This document shows, piece by piece, positions 1 to 10,222 of a stretch of DNA of 64,000 nt (position 1 is the stretch's first letter; every line of letters starts with the position of its first letter). The stretch comes from Patescibacteria group bacterium. GTDB lineage: Bacteria > Patescibacteriota > Microgenomatia > UBA8517. The notes under the pieces were generated by a model. That model did no database searches. It was not told the origin of the DNA and saw only the letters and a list, made by a program, of their open reading frames with translations. Both the position numbers and the translations under genes were made by a program. The stretch lies in assembly GCA_036835125.1 (NCBI GenBank), contig DAITMO010000001.1:57444-121443 (forward strand). Direction: 5' to 3'.

Positions 1-1180
1 AGAAATTACAACCAGTATTGATTTGTCTATTCAGGAGACTGCTGAGAAAATTGTAAAAGATGAATTGGAAAGACTTAAAGGTATGAATGTGGGAAATGGA
101 TCAGCACTAGTAATGAACCCCCAAACAGGAGAAATATTAGCAATGGTGGGAAGTAAAAATTACTTTGATACGGAAAAAGATGGAAACGTTAATGTTTTAA
201 CTAGATTAAGACAGCCTGGAAGTTCAATAAAAGTAGTTAATTATGCTTATGCCTTAGGAAATGGTTATACCTTGAGTTCAATTATAAACGACTCTCCAAT
301 CACTTTTCACACACCAGGGACAACTCCCTACTCCCCTGTTAATTATGATGGAAAGTTTTTGGGAAACGTTACTTTAAGAAGTGCTTTGGCACAAAGTAGA
401 AATATTCCAGCTGTTAAAATACTTTCTTCATATGGAGTTGGAAAAATGATAGAACAGGGTAAAAAAATGGGAATTACTACCTGGAACGATCCTTCCAATT
501 ATGGACTATCACTAACCCTTGGAGGAGGAGCAGTAAAAGCTCTTGATTTGGCAAAAGTATACGCAACTCTTGCTGCTTCAGGAAAAACCCCTGAACTAAT
601 GCCCATATTGGAAATAAAAAACTATAAAGGGCAAACTTTAGAGGAAAATACTCCAAAATCAACTCAAACTCTTGATTCACGAATTTCTTTTCTTTTAACT
701 GATGTTTTAAAGGATAACAATGCAAGAGCTCCTGAATTTGGCTACAACTCATACTTAGTTATCAAGAATCACCCTGAAGTGGCTGTAAAAACAGGAACCA
801 GCAATGATCTTCGAGACAATTGGACAGTTGGATACAACCAAGATTATTTAGTACTAACGTGGGTTGGTAATAATGACAATTCTCCAATGAGTAGAATTGC
901 CTCAGGTGTTACAGGTGCTTCCCCTATCTGGAACAAAATAATGTCTTCACTTTTAGAAGGTAACATCTCTTTTGATTGGGAAGTGCCAGAAGGAGTTAGT
1001 AAAATTAACATTTGTTCTTCAACAGGAACTCTCTCGTGTGAAGGGTGTATTTCAAAACAAGAATGGTTTTTAAATGAAAATAAACCAAGTAAACACTGCG
1101 TTATTGTTCCAAGCCCAATACCAACACCCTCTGGTGGTCAAATATTGGATAGTGGAGCAAGTACTGTTTTTAATCGATAG
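1..1180 (+). CDS. Penicillin-binding protein transpeptidase domain, partial (5' end lies upstream of the window)
   Basis: The reading frame is open from position 2. The protein has the SxxK (GSSIKVV), SxN (SRN) and KTG (KTGTS) motifs of the PBP transpeptidase fold. Confidence 0.8.
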   Translation, partial: EITTSIDLSIQETAEKIVKDELERLKGMNVGNGSALVMNPQTGEILAMVGSKNYFDTEKDGNVNVLTRLRQPGSSIKVVNYAYALGNGYTLSSIINDSPITFHTPGTTPYSPVNYDGKFLGNVTLRSALAQSRNIPAVKILSSYGVGKMIEQGKKMGITTWNDPSNYGLSLTLGGGAVKALDLAKVYATLAASGKTPELMPILEIKNYKGQTLEENTPKSTQTLDSRISFLLTDVLKDNNARAPEFGYNSYLVIKNHPEVAVKTGTSNDLRDNWTVGYNQDYLVLTWVGNNDNSPMSRIASGVTGASPIWNKIMSSLLEGNISFDWEVPEGVSKINICSSTGTLSCEGCISKQEWFLNENKPSKHCVIVPSPIPTPSGGQILDSGASTVFNR

Positions 1181-1847
1181 TTTGAAGCGAAACTTCCTTG
1201 TACAAATAGTATGTTGGTAATATATAAAGAGCTCCCAAAAAACTAAAAATCACCATTCCGACTCCATATGGAAGAGACGAAAAAATAATTTGGGAAAGTA
1301 TATAGAAAATTCCAAAAACTAGATTTCGAACCAATATTTTCCAAAATTTTCCTTTGACAAGTTTTTTGCTTTCTTTTAGAGACAATTTAATTCCTTTATT
1401 TTCAATAACTATTAAAAATTTACTAAAGATAAACCATGTTGAAAACAAGACAAAAGGAACTACTAACACTAATAATCCAACTATGTATAAAACGTAAAGA
1501 ATTATGCTTAAAAACAAAAATTTCCAATATCTTTTGATTACAACTTTATAAATATCTCTAATATTTTCTTTTTTATCTTCTTGTACTTTAGAAATTGCAA
1601 TTATCCCAGCTAGATTAACAAACACTGTTATCAACACAAATAACACATTTAAGATACTTGTGATTGGTTTACCTTGGGAAACAGAAAGGTAATTAGAAAC
1701 TACTGGAATATAAACAGATACTGCGGAAATAATTGAAAGTATTCCTATTGGCAAATAAATTTTGGCAAAAAACACCAAATTTTCTCTTTTGAAAAAAACA
1801 TCAATTGATTTTTTAATTAATGTAAAAGGAGAGGAAATTATTTGCAT
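1170..1847 (-). CDS. Hypothetical polytopic membrane protein
   Basis: 225-aa ORF with multiple hydrophobic segments. No recognisable catalytic motif. Confidence 0.4.
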   Translation of the reverse strand: MQIISSPFTLIKKSIDVFFKRENLVFFAKIYLPIGILSIISAVSVYIPVVSNYLSVSQGKPITSILNVLFVLITVFVNLAGIIAISKVQEDKKENIRDIYKVVIKRYWKFLFLSIILYVLYIVGLLVLVVPFVLFSTWFIFSKFLIVIENKGIKLSLKESKKLVKGKFWKILVRNLVFGIFYILSQIIFSSLPYGVGMVIFSFLGALYILPTYYLYKEVSLQTID

Positions 1848-1887
1848 GTATGTTAGTTAATTTTTTTAAAAAACTATCTTTCAATAA

Positions 1888-2202
1888 TTATTTTTCAACC
1901 ACTATTGTCTCACCTTTGAACAAGTTTAGCGAGTTGATGTTAATCTTAATAGTTTTTAATTCCAACTTCTTAAATTGTATTTTTGATATATCTTTAATGA
2001 GAAGGAATGCTGAGACTAGAGTTGTTAAAAGAAGGGCTATCAGAATAATCAATCTTTCTTTTTTACCCCAGGGTTTTGGAGGTTCTTTTCTTTTTTTCTT
2101 ATTTTCTGGATTAAGATCTTTGAGATTTTTGGTAATTTTCCTTTCTTCTCTAGTTTCTTCTATTTCTTCTTCCTCATCATTCTTTTTTTTGAATATAGAC
2201 AT
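1888..2202 (-). CDS. Hypothetical bitopic membrane protein (charged N-terminus, one TM segment)
   Basis: 104-aa ORF with a K/E-rich N-terminus followed by one hydrophobic helix. Preferred over the overlapping low-complexity + strand ORF 1850..2536. Confidence 0.3.
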   Translation of the reverse strand: MSIFKKKNDEEEEIEETREERKITKNLKDLNPENKKKRKEPPKPWGKKERLIILIALLLTTLVSAFLLIKDISKIQFKKLELKTIKININSLNLFKGETIVVEK

Positions 2203-2241
2203 CGTTATTTACTTTTTAATGTTTTATTTTTTCAATAAATA

Positions 2242-3255
2242 TTATTTTCTTCTAATCTCCCAAACGTTTTCATCAACAAGATTCTCGGGTTTTTTATCTG
2301 AAAATATATTTATAATTGAATTTACAGCCATTTCCCCCATTTTGTTTCTTGCCTCCACTGTAGCGCTTGCTATATGGGGAGTAAGTATAACATTTGGCAT
2401 TGAGAGAAACTCCGGATTAATATTCGGTTCACTTTCAAAAACGTCAAGTGCTGCGCCTTTAAGTATCCCTCTCTTTAAAGCCTCTATGAGATCACTCTCT
2501 TCAACAACAGGGCCCCTTGCAGTATTAACTAGATAAGCACCTTCTTTCATTTTTTCAAATGCATCTATGTTTATCATTCCTCTTGTTTCATCGGTTAAAG
2601 GAACATGTAGAGAAATAAAATCAGAAGTTTTTAGAAGTTCGTCCAAAGATGAGTAAATAACTCCAAGTTCTTTTTCAGTATCAGGATTTTCTCTGTTGTG
2701 TTTATTATAAAGAACTTTCATTCCATACCCTTGTGCTTTTTTTGCAACCATTGAGCCAATTCTTCCAAGACCTATTATTCCTAAAGTTTTTCCTTTAATG
2801 GATCTGCCCAAAAATAGATCTGGTTCCCACCCTTTGTATCCCCCTGTCCCTGCAAAATATCCTTGATTTCTAACAAATTCATCTGATTCAACAACTCGTC
2901 TTGCTAAAGCAAGGATTAAAGCCCATGTGTGCTCTGCAACCGCTTCATTAACTTCATCAGAGGGAGTATTGGTGACAACAATTCCTCTTTTTGTGGCAGA
3001 AGGGATATCAATATTGTCAAAACCAACTGCGTAGTTACTTATTATCTTCAAACTCGGTCCTGCTGCATCCATTACATCTCCGTCAAATTTATCAGTCAAA
3101 AGGCTTAAGACTCCATCCATTCCTTTAATATTTTCAACAAGTTCTGAGCTTGTTAAAGGTCTATCAAGTTCGGAGACTTTTACCTCGAGCCCTGCCTCCT
3201 TAAGTTTTTCTAAATGATTACCTGGAATATTTCTTGTAACAAATATTTTTGCCAT
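2242..3255 (-). CDS. D-isomer-specific 2-hydroxyacid dehydrogenase (glyoxylate/hydroxypyruvate reductase or D-glycerate dehydrogenase-like)
   Basis: 337 aa. NAD-binding GxGxxG motif (GLGRIGS) and the catalytic R/E/H pattern of the D-2-hydroxyacid dehydrogenase family. Confidence 0.8.
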   Translation of the reverse strand: MAKIFVTRNIPGNHLEKLKEAGLEVKVSELDRPLTSSELVENIKGMDGVLSLLTDKFDGDVMDAAGPSLKIISNYAVGFDNIDIPSATKRGIVVTNTPSDEVNEAVAEHTWALILALARRVVESDEFVRNQGYFAGTGGYKGWEPDLFLGRSIKGKTLGIIGLGRIGSMVAKKAQGYGMKVLYNKHNRENPDTEKELGVIYSSLDELLKTSDFISLHVPLTDETRGMINIDAFEKMKEGAYLVNTARGPVVEESDLIEALKRGILKGAALDVFESEPNINPEFLSMPNVILTPHIASATVEARNKMGEMAVNSIINIFSDKKPENLVDENVWEIRRK

Positions 3256-3267
3256 ATTTTTATTATT

Positions 3268-4296
3268 TTATATTTGACTTACTGTCACTCCACTACTTCT
3301 TGCTCTTTCAAGCCAGGTTGCCATTTCCTCAATTCTAAGAAGTCCTTTTTGAGAACCTGTATATCCAATGACTGAAGCTGAATTGCAAGTTCCCCAAAGA
3401 AGCGCTTCTTCCAAGTTTTTTCCGTTAATTAATGCTGCCAAAACTCCTGATCCAAAAGAATCCCCTGCCCCTGTCCTTTCATATGCATCTACAGGAAGAA
3501 CACCTGCTTTCAAAAACTTCCCATTGATACTATCGTATGCAAACGATCCTTTTGAACCATCTGTAATAATTGATACTTTTGGTCCAAGTTTAGAAAGAGC
3601 AATTAATAAATCTCTTTCTTTTCCTGAAGAATCAGAGAAATTTGTTAGTTTTTCTGCTTCCTGTCTGTTCACAAAGATTAGGTAGGTCAATTCCATTACG
3701 TCCTTAATGTTTTCGTATTCTGCCCTCATTTGCCAACTTCCTGGATTAAATGCGAGTTTTGTATTTGGATTTTTTCTAATCCAATCAACCAAATGAATAT
3801 AAAATGGTCTAAAGCTTTCACCCATGCTTGTTAAATAGACCCAAGGGGTAGCTGGTAATTGAACTGGAAACTCGTAACTCCTCGGGGCATGATATACAAA
3901 AATTGTACGTTCTCCTGAATAATTAATTATTGTTGAATAGTTTGAAGTTGTTGAGGGTTGCTTAATTACATAAGTGATGTCCACTCCCTCGTCTTCTAGA
4001 CGTTTACTTATCATTTCTCCAACATTATCTTGTCCTAAAGTTAGAACTATTCCAGCATTCACCCCAAGACGCCTTACTCCGACTGCATTATTGGCAGCAT
4101 TTCCTCCAATTGAAAATTCAAGATTTCTAACTGGAATTTTATCTCCATATGAGAATGCTATTAAACACTCCTTTGTGTCCATCTTACAAAGAGTTTCTTT
4201 TTCTGTTGGAGTCATAAATACATCAATTGTTGCATCCCCAATTGACAATAGGTCGTAATATGAAGCCGGCAGTTTAGAGTTTTCCATTTCTAGCAT
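3268..4296 (-). CDS. PfkB-family carbohydrate kinase (ribokinase/phosphofructokinase-B superfamily)
   Basis: 342 aa. C-terminal TGAGDSF anion-hole motif and a GG dipeptide near the N-terminus, both typical of the PfkB family. Lies immediately upstream of the aldolase gene. Confidence 0.75.
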   Translation of the reverse strand: MLEMENSKLPASYYDLLSIGDATIDVFMTPTEKETLCKMDTKECLIAFSYGDKIPVRNLEFSIGGNAANNAVGVRRLGVNAGIVLTLGQDNVGEMISKRLEDEGVDITYVIKQPSTTSNYSTIINYSGERTIFVYHAPRSYEFPVQLPATPWVYLTSMGESFRPFYIHLVDWIRKNPNTKLAFNPGSWQMRAEYENIKDVMELTYLIFVNRQEAEKLTNFSDSSGKERDLLIALSKLGPKVSIITDGSKGSFAYDSINGKFLKAGVLPVDAYERTGAGDSFGSGVLAALINGKNLEEALLWGTCNSASVIGYTGSQKGLLRIEEMATWLERARSSGVTVSQI

Positions 4297-5257
4297 CCGC
4301 CACTTTCTTTAAGCGGTTTATAAATATATTTTGTGCAGCTTGTCTATTCTCATCTTTTCCTAACCAACCTAATAACGCTTCTTCCTGTAGTGCTCTAGAA
4401 AAAGAAAAGGATAATTCCCATGGGGCATCGTTTTTGAGTTTAACAATTTCATTCAGATTGTTTGTGGCTTCATCTGGTGTTTGACCACCAGAAAGAAATA
4501 CTATTCCAGGAACCTCTTTTGGAACAGATTTTCTTAAAGCCCTTAGCGTAGAATTGGCTACTTCTAAGGGAAGAGCTTTAACTCCTGAGTCAGGACCGGG
4601 AAGTGACATGCTTGTTTTTACTAACAAATTTTTTATATCAACTCCTTCTTTTTGAAGTTTTTCAAACAATCTTGTTAGTGTTTCGTCTATCGTTTCACTA
4701 CATCTTGTAGTTGTGTGGTTTCCTTCTAAAAGTATTTCTGGCTCAACTATTGGTACAATTCCTGCTTCTTGGGAAAGTTTTGCATATTTTGTCATTCGAC
4801 CCAAATTCTCTTCAAAAAATGCATCAGATGGATATTTGTCATTAATTTTAAAAACTCCTCTCCATTTACTAAACTTCATTCCAAGACTCGAGTATTCTTT
4901 TAATCTTTCTTCTAACGTTTCTAATCCCTTTGTTATTTGTTCTTCCGTACCATTAAAAGATTCCAAACCCTCATCAACTTTGATACCGGGAATGATACCT
5001 TTCCCTTCAAGAATTTTATGAAGATTTTGACGAACAGATTCATCAAATAAAATAACTCCACTTATATAATTTTCTATTCCAGGAGTTTCAAAAAGCATTG
5101 TTCGATAGCTTTTATGTGTTTCGGGAGTAGAGGGAATTCCAAAGGCAGTAAACCTTTTATCTATTGTTTTTGTGCTTTCATCGGCTGCAAGTATTCCTTT
5201 ACCGTAAGAAAACAATTTTTGGACAGTTTCCTCCATATAAATTAAGTTTAAAGCCAA
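4274..5257 (-). CDS. fba: Fructose-bisphosphate aldolase, class I (Schiff-base type)
   Basis: 327 aa. The N-terminal GKGILAADES motif and overall architecture match eukaryote-type class I FBA. Confidence 0.85.
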   Translation of the reverse strand: MALNLIYMEETVQKLFSYGKGILAADESTKTIDKRFTAFGIPSTPETHKSYRTMLFETPGIENYISGVILFDESVRQNLHKILEGKGIIPGIKVDEGLESFNGTEEQITKGLETLEERLKEYSSLGMKFSKWRGVFKINDKYPSDAFFEENLGRMTKYAKLSQEAGIVPIVEPEILLEGNHTTTRCSETIDETLTRLFEKLQKEGVDIKNLLVKTSMSLPGPDSGVKALPLEVANSTLRALRKSVPKEVPGIVFLSGGQTPDEATNNLNEIVKLKNDAPWELSFSFSRALQEEALLGWLGKDENRQAAQNIFINRLKKVADARNGKL

Positions 5258-5280
5258 ATCTTTTATGAGTAAAGCGGATT

Positions 5281-5577
5281 ATGTTACAATCGTTTGGAAT
5301 GGAACCTACTCATAAAAGGAGTGACAATGTTATTACAATTGCCAGTGTTGCTCTTTTTATTCTTGCAGCTTTTGGAGTGATAGTATTTTTGTATAACCAG
5401 AATCAGTCTTTGAAGAAACAGTTGATTGAATATAAAACAGTGAACACTTCATCTCCAACCTCAAACCCAACACAGACACCAGATCTAACATTAAAAGAGG
5501 ACTCATCAGTGTCTGCTTCTCCGACTATAAAGGCGACAGCTAAACCAATAGCAACTTCATCGGCAACTGTAAATTAA
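5281..5577 (+). CDS. Small membrane-anchored Thr/Pro/Ser-rich protein
   Basis: 98-aa ORF with one N-terminal hydrophobic helix followed by a low-complexity T/P/S tail. Confidence 0.3.
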   Translation: MLQSFGMEPTHKRSDNVITIASVALFILAAFGVIVFLYNQNQSLKKQLIEYKTVNTSSPTSNPTQTPDLTLKEDSSVSASPTIKATAKPIATSSATVN

Positions 5578-5584
5578 CTAGTAG

Positions 5585-6526
5585 TTAAGAGTTTTTACGA
5601 AGTATTACCTTTTTAACTGCTTCAATAATATTTTCTTTTGTTAAGCCAAATTTTTTCCAAAGTTCCTGATAATTTTTTGCAGACTCTCCGAATGAATCTT
5701 TTACTCCAATAAATTCCATTGGAACAAGGTGTCCCTGGGTTACAACTTCAGAAACTGCACTTCCTAAACCCCCATAAACTTGATGTTCTTCAATTGTTAC
5801 TATTCCTCCACAAATTCTAGCGGCATTTGTTATTGCAATGTCATCAATAGGTTTAACTGTATGACAGTTAATAACCATTACCTCAATTCCAATTTGAGAG
5901 AGTTCCTCTGCAGCTTTTAATCCTTCTACCAAAATTGGTCCTGCTCCAATAATTGCAACTTGAGGATCTTTTGCTTCTCGTAATATTGAGACTTTTCCTA
6001 TTCCAAATTCTCCATTTGAAACAATTTCTGATTCTTGTCTTGCAAGACGTAGATATGATGGTTTTCCGTTTTCTGCAATAGCAAATGTTGCTCTTTTGGC
6101 CTCTTCAAAATCTCCTGGAATCTCAACAATCATGTTTGGGATTACCCGCATGAGGGCAATGTCTTCTAAACTTTCATGGGTTGCTCCATACATTGAAGCG
6201 CCAAACCCTGCATGAGCGCCAATTATTTTTACAGGCAGATCATTTAAAGCTATTGCTACTTTGATGTGTTCCCAAGTCCTTCCAGGAGAAAATACTGCAT
6301 ATGAAGTAATGAAAGGAATTTTACCTGCTTGTGCCATTCCAGCAGCTACTGTAACAAGAGATTGTTCGGCTACACCCACCTGGAAAAATCTGTCTGGAAA
6401 TTTTTTTGCAAAACCGGAAACCCTTGTTGAGTCTGCCAAATCGGCTGTCAAAACTACAATGTTTGAATTTTGTTCTCCAAGCTCGACCAATGCTTCCCCA
6501 AAACCATCTCTCATAGATTTTTTCAT
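5585..6526 (-). CDS. Transketolase, C-terminal subunit (pyrimidine-binding and C-terminal domains)
   Basis: 313 aa, matching the C-terminal half of transketolase. It overlaps the N-terminal-subunit gene by 4 nt, the split archaeal/CPR-style arrangement. Confidence 0.85.
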   Translation of the reverse strand: MKKSMRDGFGEALVELGEQNSNIVVLTADLADSTRVSGFAKKFPDRFFQVGVAEQSLVTVAAGMAQAGKIPFITSYAVFSPGRTWEHIKVAIALNDLPVKIIGAHAGFGASMYGATHESLEDIALMRVIPNMIVEIPGDFEEAKRATFAIAENGKPSYLRLARQESEIVSNGEFGIGKVSILREAKDPQVAIIGAGPILVEGLKAAEELSQIGIEVMVINCHTVKPIDDIAITNAARICGGIVTIEEHQVYGGLGSAVSEVVTQGHLVPMEFIGVKDSFGESAKNYQELWKKFGLTKENIIEAVKKVILRKNS

Positions 6527-7314
6527 TTTAGTTCCTCCATTCCTTTTTTGAATTCATCTTCATTCGGTGCTTTTGCGTGCCAATCGGGGTTTTCTTCCAT
6601 GAAGCTTATCCCTCTACCAAAAATTGTGTTGGCAATTATTACTGTTGGTTTTTCTTTTTTGCTTATTTCTTCTCCTTTTTTTATTTTGTCTAAAGTACTC
6701 ATTATCTCTTCAAAATTATGACCATTTATTTCAAAAACATTCCAACTAGCCGCCTCATATTTTTCTTTTAAGTTTCCTAAAGGCATAATTTCCTCTGTAG
6801 TTCCCTCAATTTGAATTCCATTTTTATCAATTATCTGAATAAGATTTGAAAGACTGTATTTTGCAGCAAAGTTGACAGCTTCCCAATGACTTCCCTCATT
6901 GTGCTCCCCATCACTGGTCATACAATAAACTGTTTTATCCTTTTTGATGGCTGCAAATCCAGAAGCTACCCCCAATCCCATTCCTAAAGATCCTGAAGTT
7001 ATTTCAATTCCTTTTATTCTTAACTTTTCAGGATGTCCTTGAAGAGGAGAATCAAGCTCTGTGTAAGTTGAAAGAAGAGCGCGATCAATAATTCCTTTTT
7101 CTATCATTACAGAATAAAGTGCCGGACAAACATGTCCATTACTCAAAAAGAAATGTGAGTTTTCGTCCATCTTTCCAAAATACAAAGAGACTAATAGTTC
7201 AACAGCAGATAGTGACCCTCCTGGGTGTCCACTTCCCGCTTTATAAACCATCTCTAAGATATCCTTCCTAACCTGAAGCGCAATACTTTGTAATTCTTCT
7301 ATTGGTTTTTCCAT
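6523..7314 (-). CDS. Transketolase, N-terminal subunit (TPP-binding)
   Basis: 263 aa with the TPP-binding GDG...N motif region (TSDGEHNEGSHWEA) and a GHPE-like motif. Confidence 0.85.
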   Translation of the reverse strand: MEKPIEELQSIALQVRKDILEMVYKAGSGHPGGSLSAVELLVSLYFGKMDENSHFFLSNGHVCPALYSVMIEKGIIDRALLSTYTELDSPLQGHPEKLRIKGIEITSGSLGMGLGVASGFAAIKKDKTVYCMTSDGEHNEGSHWEAVNFAAKYSLSNLIQIIDKNGIQIEGTTEEIMPLGNLKEKYEAASWNVFEINGHNFEEIMSTLDKIKKGEEISKKEKPTVIIANTIFGRGISFMEENPDWHAKAPNEDEFKKGMEELK

Positions 7315-7339
7315 ATAATTTAAAGTTTTTAACTAGGAG

Positions 7340-7981
7340 TTAAATCTTAAATGCTCCATCAATTGAACCATCTTTATGAATTTCACAACCTCTTTCCGAA
7401 GTTTTTCTTTCAAACCTTTCCACTGCAGATAGAACCTCTTCTTTACTATTACAAATTTCAAAGACACTCATTTCTGTAGAATCAATATTCATGCTTTTTC
7501 TAAATACATCTAGTATTTCTGCCCAGAAATCACCAAAAAGAATAATTGGTTTATGGTATCCATAATAGATTTTGGCTAGTACCCAGGCAGTTCCAAACTC
7601 AGAAACTGTGCCACTTCCTCCTTTAAATATCAAAAAAATGTCTCCGTACTCAATAAGTTTGAACATGCGTTCTATATAGTTAGTTGTAACCACTTCTGCA
7701 TCAGTCACATTTTTAATGTAGCGCCCTTCATAACCTACAGCTCCTACTGGGTCAAATGTCACAGATACAGTTTTTCCCCCACCCTTTTTTGCTCCACTTG
7801 TTGCAGCTTCCATTACTCCAGGGCCACCTCCATCAACTATTACGTATCCTTTCTCTCCTAAAGCTTCTGCCACTTCAAAAGCATCTTTATATGTTTCATC
7901 TGTTTCTGAAATATTTGCATCACCAAAAAAAGTGATGTTTTTGATGCATCTTTGATTTGAATATTTTTTTGTTTCTTCCAT
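7340..7981 (-). CDS. LOG family protein (TIGR00730 Rossmann-fold nucleotide-binding protein)
   Basis: 213 aa. Carries the GGGPGVMEA and GGxGT...E motifs characteristic of LOG / lysine-decarboxylase-like proteins. Confidence 0.7.
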   Translation of the reverse strand: MEETKKYSNQRCIKNITFFGDANISETDETYKDAFEVAEALGEKGYVIVDGGGPGVMEAATSGAKKGGGKTVSVTFDPVGAVGYEGRYIKNVTDAEVVTTNYIERMFKLIEYGDIFLIFKGGSGTVSEFGTAWVLAKIYYGYHKPIILFGDFWAEILDVFRKSMNIDSTEMSVFEICNSKEEVLSAVERFERKTSERGCEIHKDGSIDGAFKI

Positions 7982-7996
7982 ATAAAATATAAACCC

Positions 7997-9109
7997 TTAT
8001 AAACCAGAGGAAAAAGACAATGAAATTGGATCAGTTGGAATGTTTCCTCCTTCTAAACTCCTTCCAACGCGAATTACCTGTTCAATAAGCCTATTTGCAT
8101 ATCCCCACTCATTGTCGTACCAAGCAAATACTTTGACTAAGTTTCCACCGATGACTTGAGTAAGTGGTAGATCGACAATTGCTGATTCGCTTCGCCCTAT
8201 GATATCGCTAGATACTAATTGTTCCTCAGAAATTGCCAAAATTCCCTTATATATGGGGTTTTGTAAGGCATCTTTAAATGCTTGATTTACCTCTTCTACT
8301 GTTACTTCTTTTTTCAAGATTACCGCAAAATCTGTCATGGAACCGGTTGTCACAGGAACTCTTAGGGCTACTCCATCAAACTTATCTTTAAGGGAAGGGA
8401 TTGTCTCGGTTGTTGCAATTGCTGCCCCAGTGGAAGTTGGAACTATGTTTTGGGCAGCTGCTCTAGCCCGTCTTAAGTCTTTATGTGAACCATCTTGCAA
8501 ATTCTGATCATCAGTATATGCATGTATTGTTGTCATTGCTGCTTTTTCAATTCCAAATTTGGATTCTAAAACTGCCATTACTGGTGCAACACAATTTGTG
8601 GTGCAACTAGCATTTGATATAACCTCGGGAGAACCTTCTATTTCATTTACACCAACTACATATGTTCCAACATTCTCCCCTTTTGCTGGAGCTGATATTA
8701 CAACTCTTTTTGCTCCCCCAATGGCATGCTTCATGGCATCTTCTTTTTTAGTAAAAGCACCAGTTGATTCAATTACAACGTCAACATTATATTTCCCCCA
8801 TGGAATTTTTTCTGGATCTTTTTGAGCAAGAACAGGAACTTTTACGCCTCTTTCAGAAATCATTATTTCCCCAATTAGAGGATCTTCGTCTGTTGCTTCT
8901 TTTGGATCCTTAATATTTTTACCTTCTATTTTGTACTGAAAAGCTCTATACATAGTGTCATTATTGGTTAAATAAGCCCAATCTTTTGCAGGCATGCTTC
9001 CTGAAGTATTAATTGCAACAAACTCTATCTCGTCCAAGTGTTTGACTACACCAATTCTGAAGGCTAAACGTCCTATTCTTCCAAAACCATTTATTCCAAC
9101 TTTAATCAT
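7997..9109 (-). CDS. gap: Glyceraldehyde-3-phosphate dehydrogenase, type I
   Basis: 370 aa. N-terminal INGFGRIGR NAD-binding motif and the catalytic ASCTTNCVAP motif. Confidence 0.9.
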   Translation of the reverse strand: MIKVGINGFGRIGRLAFRIGVVKHLDEIEFVAINTSGSMPAKDWAYLTNNDTMYRAFQYKIEGKNIKDPKEATDEDPLIGEIMISERGVKVPVLAQKDPEKIPWGKYNVDVVIESTGAFTKKEDAMKHAIGGAKRVVISAPAKGENVGTYVVGVNEIEGSPEVISNASCTTNCVAPVMAVLESKFGIEKAAMTTIHAYTDDQNLQDGSHKDLRRARAAAQNIVPTSTGAAIATTETIPSLKDKFDGVALRVPVTTGSMTDFAVILKKEVTVEEVNQAFKDALQNPIYKGILAISEEQLVSSDIIGRSESAIVDLPLTQVIGGNLVKVFAWYDNEWGYANRLIEQVIRVGRSLEGGNIPTDPISLSFSSGL

Positions 9110-9201
9110 GTACTTATAATTTCTAAACTGTACATGACATTCTTTTTGTCATGGCAGTAAATTCATTTTATCACGAGGTTTTGTTTATTCCGAGTAGTAG
9201 G

Positions 9202-10173
9202 CTAACTAACTAAAGCTTCAATTCCAGGTAATGTTCTTTTTGAAAGGAATTCAAGCATAGCCCCTCCACCAACAGAGACCCAATCAAATTTATCTTCCAA
9301 AGAATAGATTGACAAAACTGAAAGACTATCACCTCCACCAACAATTTTGAAAGCATTACTTGATGCTATCTTGTTAAATATTCGTTCTGTCCCCTGTCTA
9401 TGACCTTCATCTTCATACCTACCTAAAGGACCGGCTAGTACTATTGTTTTTGCATTTTCAATTTCTTTTTCAAATCTATCAATTGAATTTAGTGTAATAT
9501 CCTCTTTATCTTGGTTTAGGTTTGCAATAATTACTTTACTATCCGCCTTTACTTCCCTAACACTTTCTAGCGCTAAATCTCCATAATATTCAGGAAGTCT
9601 TCCTCCAACTAATATTTTATCTGCAAGGCTTTCTAAATTAGATATATATTCTTTTTTGTCATCTTTTGATCCTCCTACAACAAAAAGAAGTGGTCTTTGT
9701 GGATTTTCAAAAACTGAGCTTAGATTTCTTACTTCTTCAATAAATCTCAAGCCTGCAGCATGTGGAAGTATCTTAGGAAGTGTGGTTATTGAGGCAGAAT
9801 CTCTATGAGAGGTTGCAAAAGCTTCATTGATATAGACATCCCCTTTAGCTGCAAGCATCTTTGCAAATTCAGGGTCATTTGATTCTTCTCCTGAATCAAA
9901 CCTTAAATTTTCTAGGACCTCAAACTCTATATTTGGACACAACTTCTTCAACTCTTTTGCAACTGGATCGATTTTTAATTCATCAACAACTTTTCCATTA
10001 GGTCTCCCCAAGTGCCCAATAATAATTATCTTTGATGCTTTTGAAGATAAATACTCGAGGGTTGGAATAATTGCTTCTAATCTATAGTTTTCTCCCAAAT
10101 CTATGTCCAAATCAGCCCTAACAATTACTCTTTTACCGGAAACATCGATATCTTTAACACTTGGCAGTTGCAT
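9202..10173 (-). CDS. pgk: Phosphoglycerate kinase (compact form)
   Basis: 323 aa. PGK signatures present: GHLGRPNG, LENLRFD, YINEAFATSHR, GGSKDDK, GGGDS and SVGGGAMLEFL. It is shorter than the typical ~395 aa. Confidence 0.8.
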   Translation of the reverse strand: MQLPSVKDIDVSGKRVIVRADLDIDLGENYRLEAIIPTLEYLSSKASKIIIIGHLGRPNGKVVDELKIDPVAKELKKLCPNIEFEVLENLRFDSGEESNDPEFAKMLAAKGDVYINEAFATSHRDSASITTLPKILPHAAGLRFIEEVRNLSSVFENPQRPLLFVVGGSKDDKKEYISNLESLADKILVGGRLPEYYGDLALESVREVKADSKVIIANLNQDKEDITLNSIDRFEKEIENAKTIVLAGPLGRYEDEGHRQGTERIFNKIASSNAFKIVGGGDSLSVLSIYSLEDKFDWVSVGGGAMLEFLSKRTLPGIEALVS

Positions 10174-10222
10174 ACAATAATATTATCAGTTAAATAGTTT
10201 GACAGTCTAGCAGCTTTAGCCT

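Noticed and set aside
477-752. 91-aa antisense ORF inside the PBP gene
   Set aside because: It is antisense to a motif-supported CDS, has no RBS context and has a hydrophobic, low-complexity composition typical of shadow ORFs in AT-rich DNA.
1850-2536. 228-aa + strand ORF
   Set aside because: Low-complexity Ser/Phe-rich translation. It overlaps the strongly supported antisense dehydrogenase gene (2242..3255) and the better small membrane ORF 1888..2202.
3368-5021. Several + strand ORFs (3368..3685, 3974..4258, 4713..5021)
   Set aside because: All lie antisense within the PfkB kinase and aldolase genes, whose products carry clear family motifs. Their Ser/Pro-rich translations look like reverse-frame artefacts.
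6261-6721. ORFs 6261..6551 and 6470..6721 on the + strand
   Set aside because: They lie antisense to the two transketolase subunit genes. No independent support.
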